A stretch of 64,000 bases of DNA from the NCBI GenBank assembly GCA_010015585.1, contig ML975154.1, one strand, 5' to 3'. The stretch's first letter is position 1. Each line of letters starts with the position of its first letter. Under the pieces are notes generated by a model. The model was not told where the DNA came from and searched no databases. It saw nothing but the letters and a program-made list of their open reading frames with translations. This document shows, piece after piece, positions 10,809 through 24,311 of this stretch. The translations under genes were made by a program, and so were the position numbers. The DNA comes from Eremomyces bilateralis CBS 781.70 (taxonomy: Eukaryota).

Positions 10809-12026
10809 TGGGCTGGTGGAGCAGTCCTGTTAGATTTGTTATGAAATCGTATATTGTCCTTCAATACGATCGCATGATTGTTCATGTGGAAGTTAAACAT
10901 GCTCCTCCATTTCCTCGCCATAAATCTTAACCAATCTGGATTCTGATAATGTAATCCCAATGCCCCCCCAGTTGTTCTAACGGCTCTCCGCCGTGAACCT
11001 TTAATTCCGACCAATCCCCGCTCTGTCCCGGCGTCGATCACTTCCTGTTCTGTTGATCGCAGCTGCAAGCAAACAACCTCTTTTGAACAACATCCATCCG
11101 CTTAACGATCTGCTTCACCCCCAGGTTTAACCAAGATCTCGAGCGCCTTGGCCAGCGAGACTAGATCATTGGCAGGCAAATACCGCCCTTGAATCTAGAA
11201 GTTTATGTGCCGAGTTTCACTCCCGAGTCCGATGCGCAGTTGATGGCTTCTCGAAAAGGTTGACAGGTTGGACCGTCACCAGGACGCGGATACATTGCGT
11301 TGACACGGTCGGGATGGTAATCGTCACGTCCAAAATCATATAATAGTCGCATTTCCTAGCGCTCGGTGCGAAATACCAAGGATTCCATCGTAAATAGCGT
11401 CAAAGGCCAGTGGTATTGGGTAAGACCTTACGTCAGTTCCTCATTCGAATGCAGGCCGCAGGGCCAGCAACGTGTCCGATCCTCGAGCTCATGGATGTCG
11501 CTGGTCGCATTATTATTGTCACCTCCAGGCTCCATGGTTTTTGGCACTTGGCAACTCTTCCCCGCAAAGATCAACAGCATCACCCACAGCTGTTCGTCTG
11601 GGGTAGTTCCCAAGCAAGCGGAGGAAACACTGGGAATGGCATCACCCGCTCTTGCTACTCCAATGATATGGACTCTGTGGCATGCCTTGCTTCTCATCCC
11701 AGGTGCTCGGTTGCGGAGATGGCTTCGGAAGTCGCCCCAGCATGGTTGATGATCCTGAAGTAGGTTCTATATGTAATGGAGCGTGGGATCTTTTACTCTG
11801 CTTTACGGTCCTTGGTTTCTAGAGTTCAACGTCAAGTTGTTAAGTCAAATCGTTTAGGGGACGTTTCTCCTGCTGTTCGCGGCTGAGCCTTCATATACTA
11901 TAGCCAAAGCTGCGTTTTGTTCCGTTCATCAAAGTCGATATACTAGTAGTCCGTCCGTTGGTCGGTTCTGTTCTACCTCTGTATCCGTCCCATTTTTGAA
12001 TAAAACTACGATATAGGACATTCAAC

Positions 12027-13907
12027 ATGGAGGTTAACATAGGTGAACGTGTGGGTTTACCAGACCGAGCTTCCACATCACATATCCTAAGACCAAGTAC
12101 AGGAACGGCGTCAAATCGAGGAGGAGTTACACATCGACATCCTCCCCGGGACGGAGATCATGGCAGATATCGGGGACCATCACTTCGTCAAGGCCTCAAA
12201 ACAAGTCCTGGTCCCTCAGCCATCCGCCGACAAACATGACCCCTTGAATTGGAGCCTCTGGTGGAAAGTTTCGGCCATCGCTACGTCCAGTTTCGTCACG
12301 TTTATGATGGCTTTCGGACCATTGGCTCTGGCTCCAATGTTTCCCGCCTACCAGGAGCTGTACCACAGGGACTTGGAGGCGGTGGTGCAGTTTACTGGCG
12401 TCTGTATCCTGGTTCTTGGGTTCAGCAACTTTATATGGTACGTTCCATGAGATTTGTCAGAAGATCCGAATTGGGATGCTCAATTTACGTGTGTCCAGGG
12501 TCCCCATAAGCACGTCGTTCGGTAGGAGATGCGCATACATGCTCTCCATTTCCATTTGCCTTGCATCCATGATCTGGCGGGCGCTCGCGACGTCCTATGG
12601 CTCATTTATGGGTGCTTGCGTACTCAATGGCATTGGAGCCGGGCCGGCCGAAACAATCCAACCTGCCGTCATCACGGATATCTTCTTCCTTCACGATCGG
12701 GGGACTTGGAATACGTTCTATTGGGTCATGTACATGGGTTCGCTGATTGTGGCTCCAATTGTTTCCGGTCCGATGGCAGAGCACGTGGGCGTTGCCTCGT
12801 TCTGGTGGCTAAACACAGGTCTTTGTGTCCTTGCTCTAGTGATGGTTGTCTTCTGTTTTCCAGAGACAAAATGGGGTCCTCGAAGTGAGACAGGTGAGTT
12901 TGCAGCCGGAGAGGTCAAGATCTCCCCCGACGAGAAAGTTGCCAATGATGAGAAACTGGGGGACCGGGTTTCCGCTGCTCAAGGGGACAGTCCAGTACGC
13001 GAGGCTGAACTTACTCGTGAGGAGACTGGAGCCAGAGACCCTTGGATTGGCCGCGGATCCCCATCTCGGAGTCAATATTGGCTATACCAGCCCAATCCTC
13101 ATCCCTGGAAGTCTATCATCAACGACGTGTGGACGCCTTGGAAACTCTTCGCGTTCCCTATCGTCGAGTACGCGGCGTTTGTGGTTTCATGGTCCTGCGC
13201 GGTTTACCTGTCGATCAATCTCACCCAAAGCCAGGCGCTCGCCGCACCACCTTACGACTTTAGTCCGCAAGCCATCGGATTCACCAACTTCGCAATTCTG
13301 ATCGGCGCGCTCATCGGTCTGGTCACGGCGGGGCCTTTGAGCGACTGGGTCGCTGCGAAACTAACACAACGTAACTCGGGTATCCGAGAGCCCGAAATGC
13401 GACTGCCCGCGATGATCCCCTTTTTCCTGATCATGATACTGGGGAACATCGTTGTGGCGGTGGGCTATCAGCACCACTGGCCCTGGCAAGCCATCGTGGT
13501 TATTGGATTCACTTGCGCAGGCATCCAGGTCGCAGCCTTGCCGTCCATATCCAGCACATATGCCGTGGACAGCTATAAACCGGTCACTGGAAGTCTGTTC
13601 GTTGCGATCACGGTGAACAAGAACGTTTGGGGTTATGGTATGCAGCTAAAAACGTACACAAGCCGCTATCGACTGACATAGTCTAGGATTCTCGCGCTTC
13701 ATTACTCCTTGGAGCATGGAAGTTGGGTAAGTCTTGCCAGAACTAATATCCCTTACAACCCGCTGATTCAATGGATATAGCTTCATCCCTCCGATCATGA
13801 CCAACATGGCCCTGACAGCGTTCTTCACCCTGTGCGGGGTCATCTTCTTCTTCTATGGTAAGACGTTCCGGAGGTGGAGCAAGAATAGTAAGGTGCACAG
13901 AATGTAA
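12027..13907 (+). CDS. Major facilitator superfamily transporter (Hol1/DHA1-like), multi-exon; first exon uncertain
   Basis: LVPQPSADKHDPLNWS, VPISTSFGRR, DIFFLHDRG, FPETKW, GPLSDW and REPEMRL motifs with many hydrophobic TM segments. Stop TAA at 13905-13907 after ...KTFRRWSKNSKVHRM. Confidence 0.88.
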
Positions 13908-14459
13908 AGGAAGAATACAGTGCTCTCTTGACCTTGCCATCGGCCCCGATGGGCTTCGATGGAGTTCGCTGGATTTCAGGGGGAAGTCATCTGCTGGTAC
14001 CATGCCAGGTGTTTTAACCATGGAGATTAGGTGTTAGGGCTATTATGCAGCAGCATCCTGTAATTTGCATCTAGTTTTACCACCGGATCTATGATTACCC
14101 TAAAGTTAGGAATATCTATGATTTCCCGTAGCGGTCTGCCATTCAAAGTTCGCCATCCAGTCTGACCAGTGACACCTGACAGGGGGAATCTTGGTCGGCT
14201 AAAGTTTCCATTCCCCAAATTCGCTTTTATGGATACGCTACTTTATGTACCAGACCTGCATCTTCAAAAATCATTTTGCTCGCAGAGATGTCCGGGACGT
14301 GTATGATCGGATTATCACCTACAATTTGATTACTTTCACTATCACTCGGTCTTGAATTTTGCCGGTCTTGGCTCTTCTCCTTCTCCCACCTTGGTAGTCA
14401 ATACCGCAAAATAAGCGCTTCATTAGTGTGCCGCAGAAACCCCAAGCAAAGCTGAAATC

Positions 14460-16219
14460 ATGTCGAGCGTCTCCTCAGACTCAGAATCCGACATTCTAGA
14501 TCCTCGTGCGGATGAAGGGTGGGAAGATGTCGAACCTGAAGAGGAGATCATTTCAGTCAAAAGTTTCTTCGACGACCGCTGGTTTCCCGATGTAAAGAGC
14601 ATGCTGGAGTATTGCAAACAAGAGCATGGATTTGATTTCTCGGATGTCCGCAAGCGCCTCGGTTTGTAAACATGTTGCATGTTCCATTAATGCGGAATTC
14701 TTTGATTGCACGATTGCTGACCAAGGTTGTGCGCAGGTTTGGATTTCTATGATACTATCAAACTCATCAACTACATCCGAGAGGGGGCAAAAGTGTCTAA
14801 GGATGTCCCCGAAATTACTTCACGAGATCAATTTGTCGATGATAAATTCCTGCAGCCTGCATTGGAAGACGATGCGCTGTTGTTCAGCTTAAGTTTCGAT
14901 GATGGGCCTGATGATGCTGAAAACCAGGAGCCAGGGCCGACTGGTACGGATCAGGAATTGAAGAAGCAAATCAAAGAACTGGAAGAAGCTCTGAATCAGA
15001 AGAATCAGGAATTCGAGAGCTACCGGGAGGCGGTTTCAAAATCTCTTGATAAGCGATGGGGTGCCAGTGCAGAAACCGAGGATGCGCCAGTCGTTCCCAA
15101 GATTTCTGCCGCCGATGTCAATGAACGCCAAGCGGGACATGACGACTCCTATTTCGAGTCTTACGACGACCACAGTATGTTAGTTGACGTCTACTGGTAG
15201 ATCGAGGCTAATCAGGACTAGATATCCATCACACCATGCTGAAAGACGCAATCCGGACAGACGCATACCGGGACTTCATCTACGACAACAAGCACCTCTT
15301 CGCTGGAAAGACGGTCCTCGACATCGGCTGTGGAACAGGAATCCTGTCCATGTTCTGTGCCAAAGCAGGCGCAGCACGGGTCATTGCAGTGGACAACTCA
15401 TCTGTCCTCGAACGAGCCAGGGCCAATGTGGCAGAAAACGGACTGGAGAAGACGATCACCTGCATCCGCGGGAAAATCGAGGAAGTAAAGCTCCCTGTGG
15501 AAAAAGTTGACATCATTGTTTCTGAGTGGATGGGCTACTGCTTGTTGTTCGAGGCGATGCTGGACTCGGTCTTATGGGCACGAGATAGATATCTCAAATC
15601 TGGTGGGCTAATGGTTCCATCCCATTGCACCCTCCAGATCGCACCGGCGATGGATTCCGACTATTTCAGGGACAACGTCGACTTCTGGCGCGACGTCTAC
15701 GGGTTCAAAATGAGTGCCATGGGGGAGAAGATGCACGATGACGCATTAGTCTGCCAACTGAAGGAAAAGAACATTGCAGGAAAGTCATACCCTTTCCTAG
15801 TTTTGCCGTTGCATGACATCACCACGAAAGACCTCTCATTTACTCGCGAGTTCAATGTGACCCTTGAAAAGAAGGACGCTCAATTGGACGCCTGGGTGGT
15901 TTGGTTCGACACGTTCTTTCTGACTTCTCCCGACGCCACCCTCGAGCCCGATGCTCGCGCCGAGAACTGGAAAGATCCTTCACGAGGAACTGCGTTCACA
16001 ACAGGACCGTTTGGAAAGGAAACGCATTGGATGTCGGGGGTATTTTGGATCGACCAGACCAAAACGAAGACCAGTGATCTCAAAACTGGAGATACTGTCT
16101 CCGGAACCATCACCTATCGTCAAGGGAAATCGAACAAAAGGGGATTGGAGGTTGATATTTCCTGGTCCTCGCCGAAGGAACCAAAAGTGTCTGGCACGCA
16201 GGCTTGGTTAATTCGTTAG
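14460..16219 (+). CDS. PRMT3: Type I protein arginine N-methyltransferase, PRMT3/Rmt3 type, 2 introns
   Basis: DSYFESY...HHTMLKDAIRTDAYRDFI, VLDIGCGTGILSMF, VDIIVSEWMGY and ETHW loop. The acidic N-terminus has a PRMT3-like zinc-finger remnant and LDFYDTIKLINYIR. Confidence 0.92.
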
Positions 16220-16904
16220 GAGGTACTACTTATCCCCGGGCCTATACGGTTCAAGAATAGTCAAATAAGGAATCTCTCAAAATTTGGAAGCCCTATGGTA
16301 TTACGTAGATTGAAGATAAGATCCGAAGAGGACTGGTGTTCATATAATCACCGGTTGCGCTCGTAGTTGTGTGCTGTGTAATACTTCGAGGAGTGTGGTG
16401 TACTGGTGTCGGAAGTTTCCCGGGCTGGTACGGGATCAATGATAATTGAATGAAATGTCTAGAGGTCGCTCACTGGGAACTCTAGATAGCAGAGAGGTAA
16501 AATCTCTACAATAATATCATAGAAAGACAGACCCGAAGGGGTAGTAGAAGTAGAGAATACGATGAATGGCAGAGTTGAAGTCGACGGCAACGATCCGAGT
16601 CAGGGGGAGACCCTGGTTGGCGCATGACAGGCATCAGATAATTCGATCATTACGGAACGAGGCGTCAATGAATACACCTAATGAAATCCACTTAATGAAA
16701 TAGCGCTGCACGCGTACATCATCACCTGCGCCTCGTAACTGTACATGATCTGGTCACTTGCAATAACGCCGTATCTTCTATCCGTCGTGTGCTTCAGGAT
16801 CTGCTATCATTCATTCTGCGGGTCCCAAATCTTCTGGCCTGCCGTTTCCACATTGTCCAGAGAATGCATTGAAGCTCTGGCAATTCCTCTAGCTCGTCGC
16901 GCTC

Positions 16905-19900
16905 ATGCGAACTGTCCTACCTGGCAGACCCCAGGCAAAGCTTCAAGCTGTCTCCACGGAGCTTTGGGATGGGAAACACATTGTCGTATGTCCACATCTC
17001 CTAAGCGACACGCTCCGATGCTAGACTCTAACACCAACGGAAGGTATACATCTCCGGGAATGCCGTCGTCATCCTTGATGGACCGCACCAGCTTCTCCAG
17101 ACCATCTATCTCGACAAGGATGACGACCTACAAGCAGTTGCACTCGATGAGGACTCGGGGAAAATAGCAGCGGCTTCGAGCACGGAGATTCACATCTACA
17201 AGCCATATGGGAAGGAGGAAGGCTTCCTCCAGGTATTCAAGGCTCATTGGAATCGTTGATATGGAGCTAATGCGCCTCAGTGGTCATTGCAATGCTCGAT
17301 TCGCACCGACGAAACGAAGGGAGATGTGCAGACACTATCCTGGGGCCAAGATGAAGGCTTGTTGGTTGGAAGCAACGCGTTGAGTCTTTACGATACTCAC
17401 AACGCCTCCAACCTTCACTGGTCGAGACCTTTAGCAAATGCCGCCAAGTTCGCCGAGTTTTCGTATGACGGAACCCTAATAGCCACATCAGGCCAATATG
17501 ATCGGCTCGTCAAGATATGGAGGCTACTGGGTGTTGGACCCTCTGGTCAAGAGTTTGACTATGGATACCTTCGTCACCCGGCCGTCGTTACCGACATACA
17601 CTGGCGGCAGCCATTCCATAGGGAACAGTCCATGGAGAACATCGTATATACGATCTGCGCTGATAACAAGGTCCGAATCTTTGCTCCTATGGACCACCAT
17701 GCGCCGTCAATCTTCCAACAATGGGGAGAAATCGACCTCATGCAATCGATACAACCCAGGGGCCTCGATCCTTCGCAGAGGTCCTCGAAGAGATACGCTT
17801 TCATAATCGACAGTCGAGACTTTACGCTCGCAGCTGAACGAGCGGTTCAACAGGCTGCAAATGACTTGGCCGAACAACGAGCTCTGGCGCATCTCATTGA
17901 AGCCGCAAATCGAAATCCCGAGGTCTGTGTGGTTCTCGACGATCAGGGCAACATGTCTGCATGGGGTCTTGAAGGTGTAGGGTTGCCTCATCCAAAGCTT
18001 TCCGATATTTTCAATATCGCCCACGTTCATGGATTAAAACTGCGGTTCGCAAGCCATACAAGCGGTCTGGGGTCTTATGCCCAGTTTCACAACTTCTGTG
18101 GGGACAAATCCAACAGTGCATTCACGCTGATTGCTCAGCATTTCGATGGTCGAATAGAATGGTTCGAGGCCAGAGTTGACCAACTGTTCGATTTGGAACC
18201 GCGAAAGCAGCGGCTGCACCGGAGGGCGCTATGGGCTGGCCATCGAAAACCGATCAAAAAAATAGTACGAACCGCTACCGGGAAGGCTGTCATTTCTCGT
18301 ACAGAAAACAACAGGAGCTGTATCTGGGTTCAGAAGCTATCCAGCCCCGGAATGAGACTCTCTCTGCAGAGCATGGTTCCAATCGACGAACACATTCACC
18401 GTATGTGGCTCCTTCGAGAGGGCAAGTTTGTTGTCTTTCTACACCATGGAAGCGTGTCCGTATGGGACTCCCGCGGACCCAAAGCTTTTGAAGTAGCCCG
18501 AAGACAATACACGATCAGGGGTAAGCCACTTTGCTTGATCTTGATACCTGAGGCTTCGGGTGAACAAGACTCTGTGCATCTCGCGACCATTAGCTCGGAG
18601 ATGGACGGCGTGGCATGGGAAGTTCAACTTCCTCCTGAACAAGCCGACGGGCACGCGAATGGTGCAACCGATGAAGTCCAGCTCCGAGACTTCGGGACAT
18701 TCGATCTTGGCACGGGCGACGATCTTGCATTTGTCCTTCCGGTCGATCCAGCGGGCACTGCACCCGTGATCTCTGGCTTCCTAGACACCTTCGCTCGAGA
18801 CATTGCAATATCCTACACGACTTCCGGGACTATCAAGGCGTGGACAACGCGTGTCAATAAAGCGAAGCGAACATTGGAGTGGCTGAACACTGCCAGTGTG
18901 GACACCTTCATCGAAAACCCGTCGCTTATGAGCGGTACATCGATCCGTAAAGCCGCGATGATCGATGCCGATAAAACGTCGTTGACGATTTGGAATACGC
19001 GTAGCGCCCAGTTAGAGCATCAAGAAGTGTTCAAAGATCAAATCATCACGGACCTGGATTGGTCTTTCACGCCAGACAACCAATCGATACTCTCCGTCGG
19101 GTTCGATCACAAAGTCCTCATATATACCCAGCTACGATACGATTACCTGGACGCAGGTCCGTCATGGGCACCGATTCGTGAGATCCATATTCGGAGTCTG
19201 ACTCCCCATCCCATTGGCGATTCCTGTTGGTTGGGCAATGGCGGTCTCGTCATGGGGGCGGGGAATCAACTGTTCGTGCAAGATGATAAGCTAGACGTAT
19301 CTTACGGTATTCTATCGAACATCCGGTTGCCATCAAGTGCGCACGGCTCCTTGGACATTTTCACAGCCGTCAGCCGTCTGAACGGACCGTTACCAGTCTT
19401 CCACCCCCAGTTTCTTGCCCAATGCGTTTTGACTGGGAAGCTGTTGTTGGCGCAACAGATTCTGACGAAGCTCTTCAAAATCTTGAAATTCTACTCGGAA
19501 GGAGACCCGTTGGACAGTAGCCTTGGATTTGACGCAGATGACGTTTCCCGAAAACCGGAAATGTACCATGCTGCAAGAAAGGAAATGCATTCTTCCTATG
19601 CCGATTTTGACAGCGACGACGACGAGCCCGCGACAGTGACTGAAGAGGTTGCAAGTTCGATAAATGGTATCTTGATGCACTGTCAAATACCCCAACTCTC
19701 GAGCAGGGAGCAATTCCATCTCGCGCACATCGTCGAATGCGTCGGCACGGTGGAGAAGCACCGTCGCTCCGTGGACGACAATGCGCGCCGATTTCTTCTA
19801 TTCTTCCGCCTGCATGTTCTTCGCAAATCGGAGCAGGTCGACTTACACCCGCTTTCTTGGCGCGAGATCACCTGGGCTTATCACAGTGGTAGTCAGGACA

Positions 19901-21162
19901 TCCTCGTTGACCTCGTGTCGAGACATTACCACGGCAAGATGCTCTGGCAACATGCGCGGCAGAGCGGCATGTTCATGTGGATGACGGATTTGAACGCGCT
20001 CCGGAGTCAGTTCGAGGTCATTGCGCGGAATGAGTTTACCAAATCCGAGGAAAAGGACCCTATCGACTGCAGCTTGTATTACCTCGCTCTGAAGAAAAAG
20101 GCTGTATTGGTGGGGCTGTGGAGAATGGCGACGTGGTGCAAAGAACAGGGCGCAACCTCGAAGCTACTGTCCAACAACTTCAACGAGGCACGATGGAAGA
20201 CGGCGGCGTTGAAGAACGCCTACGCGCTCATGGGACGGCGGAGATTTCAATACGCCGCCGCGTTCTTCTTGCTCGCCGACCACCTCGCCGATGCGGTCAG
20301 CGTCCTAGCGAACCGGCTCCAAGACATGCAGCTTGCGATCGCCGTGGCGCGCGTGTACGAAGGCGACGATGGCCCGGTACTCAGAGACTTCCTGCTGGAG
20401 CGCGTGCTGCCGCAAGCCGTGACCGACGGGAATCGATGGCTTGCCACCTGGGCGTTTTGGATGCTGAACCGACGAGACAAGGCAGTGCTGGCACTTGTCA
20501 CTCCTCTGACGACCTTGGTCTCGCCCCCGGAATCTCCGAAGCTGGAGTCGCGCTTGTTCCTTACGGATGACCCGGCGCTCATTGTGTTGTATAAGCAGTT
20601 GCGGGAGAAGTCATTGCAGACATTGCGAGGTGCGATGTCGGTGTCGCCGAGGACGGAGTGGGAGTTCGTGCTTCACACTGCCAACTTATACACGAGGATG
20701 GGCTGTGACCTCCTCGCACTCGATCTGGGTACGAACTCCTTTCCCATTCCTTTCGTAACCACCGCTAACAATCCAACAGTCAAAACCTGGGAATTCCTTC
20801 TCCCCGCATGCGGCCATCAGCCCACCCAACCCCAAAGCCCCCAACCCCCCGCATCTCCTGACTTCACCCACCCTCTCCACTCCCCTCTTACCCCCCAGGC
20901 CCGCTCCGCCCTCGACAACTTCAACATCGACCCGCGCAAGATCCTCCGCCGTCGCAGCTCTATGGTCGTCGCTGACCTCCCCGCGCCAGACGGTCACGCG
21001 GGCGGCGTGGCGAACTTGAACGGCGTGCTGGAGGACGCGGGGACCCCGCAGTCGGAGCGTGAGCAGGCTGCAGCGGAGGGGAGGTCGAGGAAGGAGGATA
21101 GGACGCCGACGCAGTTCCAGGAGCCGGATGCGAATAGTCTGTTGGACGCGTTTGGGTTTTAA
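16905..21162 (+). CDS. RAV1: RAVE complex subunit Rav1 (regulator of V-ATPase assembly; WD40 plus Rav1p_C)
   Basis: First exon MRTVLPGRPQAKLQAVS; WD repeats; RLNGPLPVFHPQFLAQC; Rav1p_C signatures WKTAALKNAYALMGRRRFQYAAAFFLL and LYTRMGCDLLALDL; ends ANSLLDAFGF. Confidence 0.92.
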
Positions 21163-21807
21163 CGGGGTGTGTAGTTTCATAGGTTCATCCAGTTCTGGCG
21201 TTTCGATTGGGCCCCGGGTGGAAGATTTCGATCGATGTGATGACTGTCTTCATTGCGCATGGCGTCTCGGTTGGTTTTCAGTACAGGCTTTGTGTGCAGA
21301 CTTTGTGTGCAATCGGATTGTTTTAGATAGTATTTCAAGCAAATTAATTGACGTGCCATCAACAGAACAAAATTCAATACCTAGCCTCTTTGAGCTGCTG
21401 GGCTCTGACGCCCCCCTTTGATTCCAAGGGCAAAGTGCGTAGAATCCCCAATGCTGAGAGCATCAGAGATGCTAGTCGCCTATCATACTGGCGTGTAGCT
21501 TCTGGAGGGGTTGGCTTTTGTCGATATTGTCTGTTCTACATTTCGTCGGTCATTAGGGAATCTTAATTTCTCAATTAAGTATGCGATGTATGATACGTAA
21601 AGAGTGTTCTCCCTAAATTCAATCCAGAACTGCGGGATCTCGCTTCCGCCAATGGCTGTCCGCCGTTGACCAGCCGACATAATACATAGTAGTAGCCAAT
21701 AACGACCATCTGCGTTATTGACACCTCTTGTCATCAGCTTCATACCAATAGGTCGAGGGATTATATCCAGGTCCCCCCAGAATATGAAACAGGATGACCC
21801 AAGCGGG

Positions 21808-23043
21808 CTATAGCCCCCCAACAAGCTCGCTATCATCCCCCGTCATCCCCTCCATTGCCTCCGCAATCTCATCCGCAATCTCATCAAAGCTATTCCGCCT
21901 CCTAACCCGCCTCGTCGCCTCCACCTCCACTGACTTCCTCCCCTCCGCACCCACCCCGCGCCCCACCTGCACATCACTCGCCACCAGCACCCCCCCATCC
22001 GCCGGTTCCTCCGCCTTCCCCTTCCCCTTCTCGGCGCGCCGCGTCCCGAACGGCGGATCGAACCGCTTGCGGATCGTCTGGATCATCTTGTTGAACCAGA
22101 AGAAGTTCAGCGAGTTGAGGGTTAGGTTGGCGGCGAGGTAGGTGGCGCCGAGCCAGGCGGGCATGTGCATTTCGCCGGCGTACCGCATGGTGTCTTCGGA
22201 GCCAGGGAGGAGGGCCGCCGTCCGGCGGTCGAGGTAGAGGGCGAGTTCATCCTTGTCGGCGGTCCAGGCGCGGTAAATGTCGGAGAAGGCTTGCATGGAG
22301 GAATAGGTTCCCCAGACGAGGCGGCAGCTGAAGAAGGTGCAGAGGAGAATGATGCCGTTGATCAGCTGTATCCGGGACCCCGTAAGGTTCAACTTGTCGC
22401 AGAACCAGTGGATGTTCAAAAAGGGTGTGGACAGCTCGTAGAGGATGAAGGTCGGCCCAAAGTAATTAGCATATGGCCGCTTGGAGAATAATGTTAGCAT
22501 GCAGTCGCTTACACATCACCTGCATATGGGACCTACGAAACCAAGTGTAAACACCGTCAGAGCACAAACCGCATGTGCCAAAATGCCGAATCCAAACATA
22601 TCTGCATGGAGCAGGCTGACGGCCAAATCCCACGCGAAATACCCACATGCAAACGCCAAGATCAACCCCAATCCGCCGTCGTACCCCCAGATCCTTTCCG
22701 GCCAGTTCTCCGCCAGCCCCATGACCTTCCGCTCCTCATCGACCGCGACGACGTACAGCGCCATGGCGCTGATCAGGACGCTCTGGACGAACGAGACGAC
22801 GTGGATGTCCCAGTTGAGGCGGGTCTTGCGCGGCAGATTGGCGTAGGTGCGCGGGCAGAGCTTCATAGAGATCCATGGCGACAGGCGGTTGTAGATGAAG
22901 TTGTAGAAGAGGAAGGCGAGGGCGACCTCGTGAGAGTGGTAGTGGAGGGTAGAGAGGTCGAGCGGCTCCGCGACGCGGCTGAGGTAGTGGTCGATGGCGA
23001 TTTTGATGCGGGGAGAGGGCTGGAGGGGGAAGGGATCCTTCAT
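21808..23043 (-). CDS. TLC (TRAM/LAG1/CLN8) domain membrane protein, Tda4/TMEM56-like, 1 intron
   Basis: NWDIHVVSFVQS, GYFAWDL, LAHAVCAL, FILYELSTPFLNIHWFCDK, FFSCRLVWG, LNSLNFFWFNKMI. Confidence 0.9.
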
Positions 23044-24311
23044 GGTGTCGCGAGTTCAGCGGTGGACTACCGTGATGGTTGTACTACCTTCAATATATGG
23101 CGGAATTCAAGATTCAGGTACTTGTATTAGGGGATCAGATAGGATGAAGAGGGGATAAATGAGAACGGCGAAACGACTATCTCCTCACAACGAACGGGGA
23201 GGAGGTTAATATGGATGTCTAGCAATGTAAGACAAAGAGGATGATGGCAGCCTAGGAGCCGAGGAGGATGACCTGAAAGATGGCAGATGATGGATTGTCG
23301 AAGGCCACCGTACCAGGTAGCAACGTGAACATAAATCTGGTCCACATGAGGAAGAGGTGTCGGGAGAGGCGTCAGTTCCGGTTCCGATTTCCGAAATGCT
23401 GGAGATGAGGGACCAGAAGGCAACAAGGCAGAACGCCATAGGCGCAAGGCAGCAATTGTTTCTGTTGCTCCTGGTCACGTGCATGAACTTTGTTTCTGTC
23501 CCCCTCCCGTTTCAACATCTCAAGTCGCCATCCTCTATCTCATCGCCCAACTTCAGGTGCCATTCTAGGAATGTTGCATCTCAAATACATATGTCTCTCG
23601 TATTTTCCGGGGAATTCTCCTTCGGGTTTGTGGAACACAGCATTCGAGACCCCAAGCGGCATCCGTGATCAAGAAGAGGCGCAGCGACGTTACTGCATCG
23701 TAATGCAGCCTCTGCTGCACCCCATCTGGTCAATATAACGATAAATTAATCGTTCCTAACTTGCTGAAGAGAGAACGAGACACTGATCTGTACATTGCAC
23801 TGATTTGCCTCAGCTGAATTGGATCAAATAAGACCTGGGTGTTTGCGAGGTGCATTAATATGACCAGAACACCCATTCTTTGTCCCAGACCACCGGATAT
23901 CGTGGTACAAATTGAATCATATCGTATCGAACTGACCATATGCAGTTGTCGGTTGGCCAGGAGTCGTTGCACAAGGCAGAATTGAAGCACACCACGACAG
24001 GCACCATGTGTCCCTGTCCATAACTTTATAAGACTCCCCCAGTTCTTAAATGCTGGCCCTGGCGCTATATTTGGCTCCAAAATGGCACAAACTGGCGGAG
24101 ATGCTTGCTTGGAACCTGGGCACCCTCATTTCTCACCAGGATACTCCCGCTCCGACCTCTGGGCTCTAATCGAAGGTGTGGATAGACGATGATCGGTGGC
24201 TATAAGGAGGCCCTCGGGCTACCCCAATTTTTTGGTTTCCTATGGTCGTTAGTCCTTGGTTTAGACGTTTGAGTCGTAATGCTCCCGACGATCGCCGTTT
24301 CAAGTCCCATC

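Noticed and set aside
11366..11763. Overlapping 127-aa and 117-aa ORFs between the calponin and MFS genes
   Set aside because: GTG starts, no domain signal and no supportable splice model.
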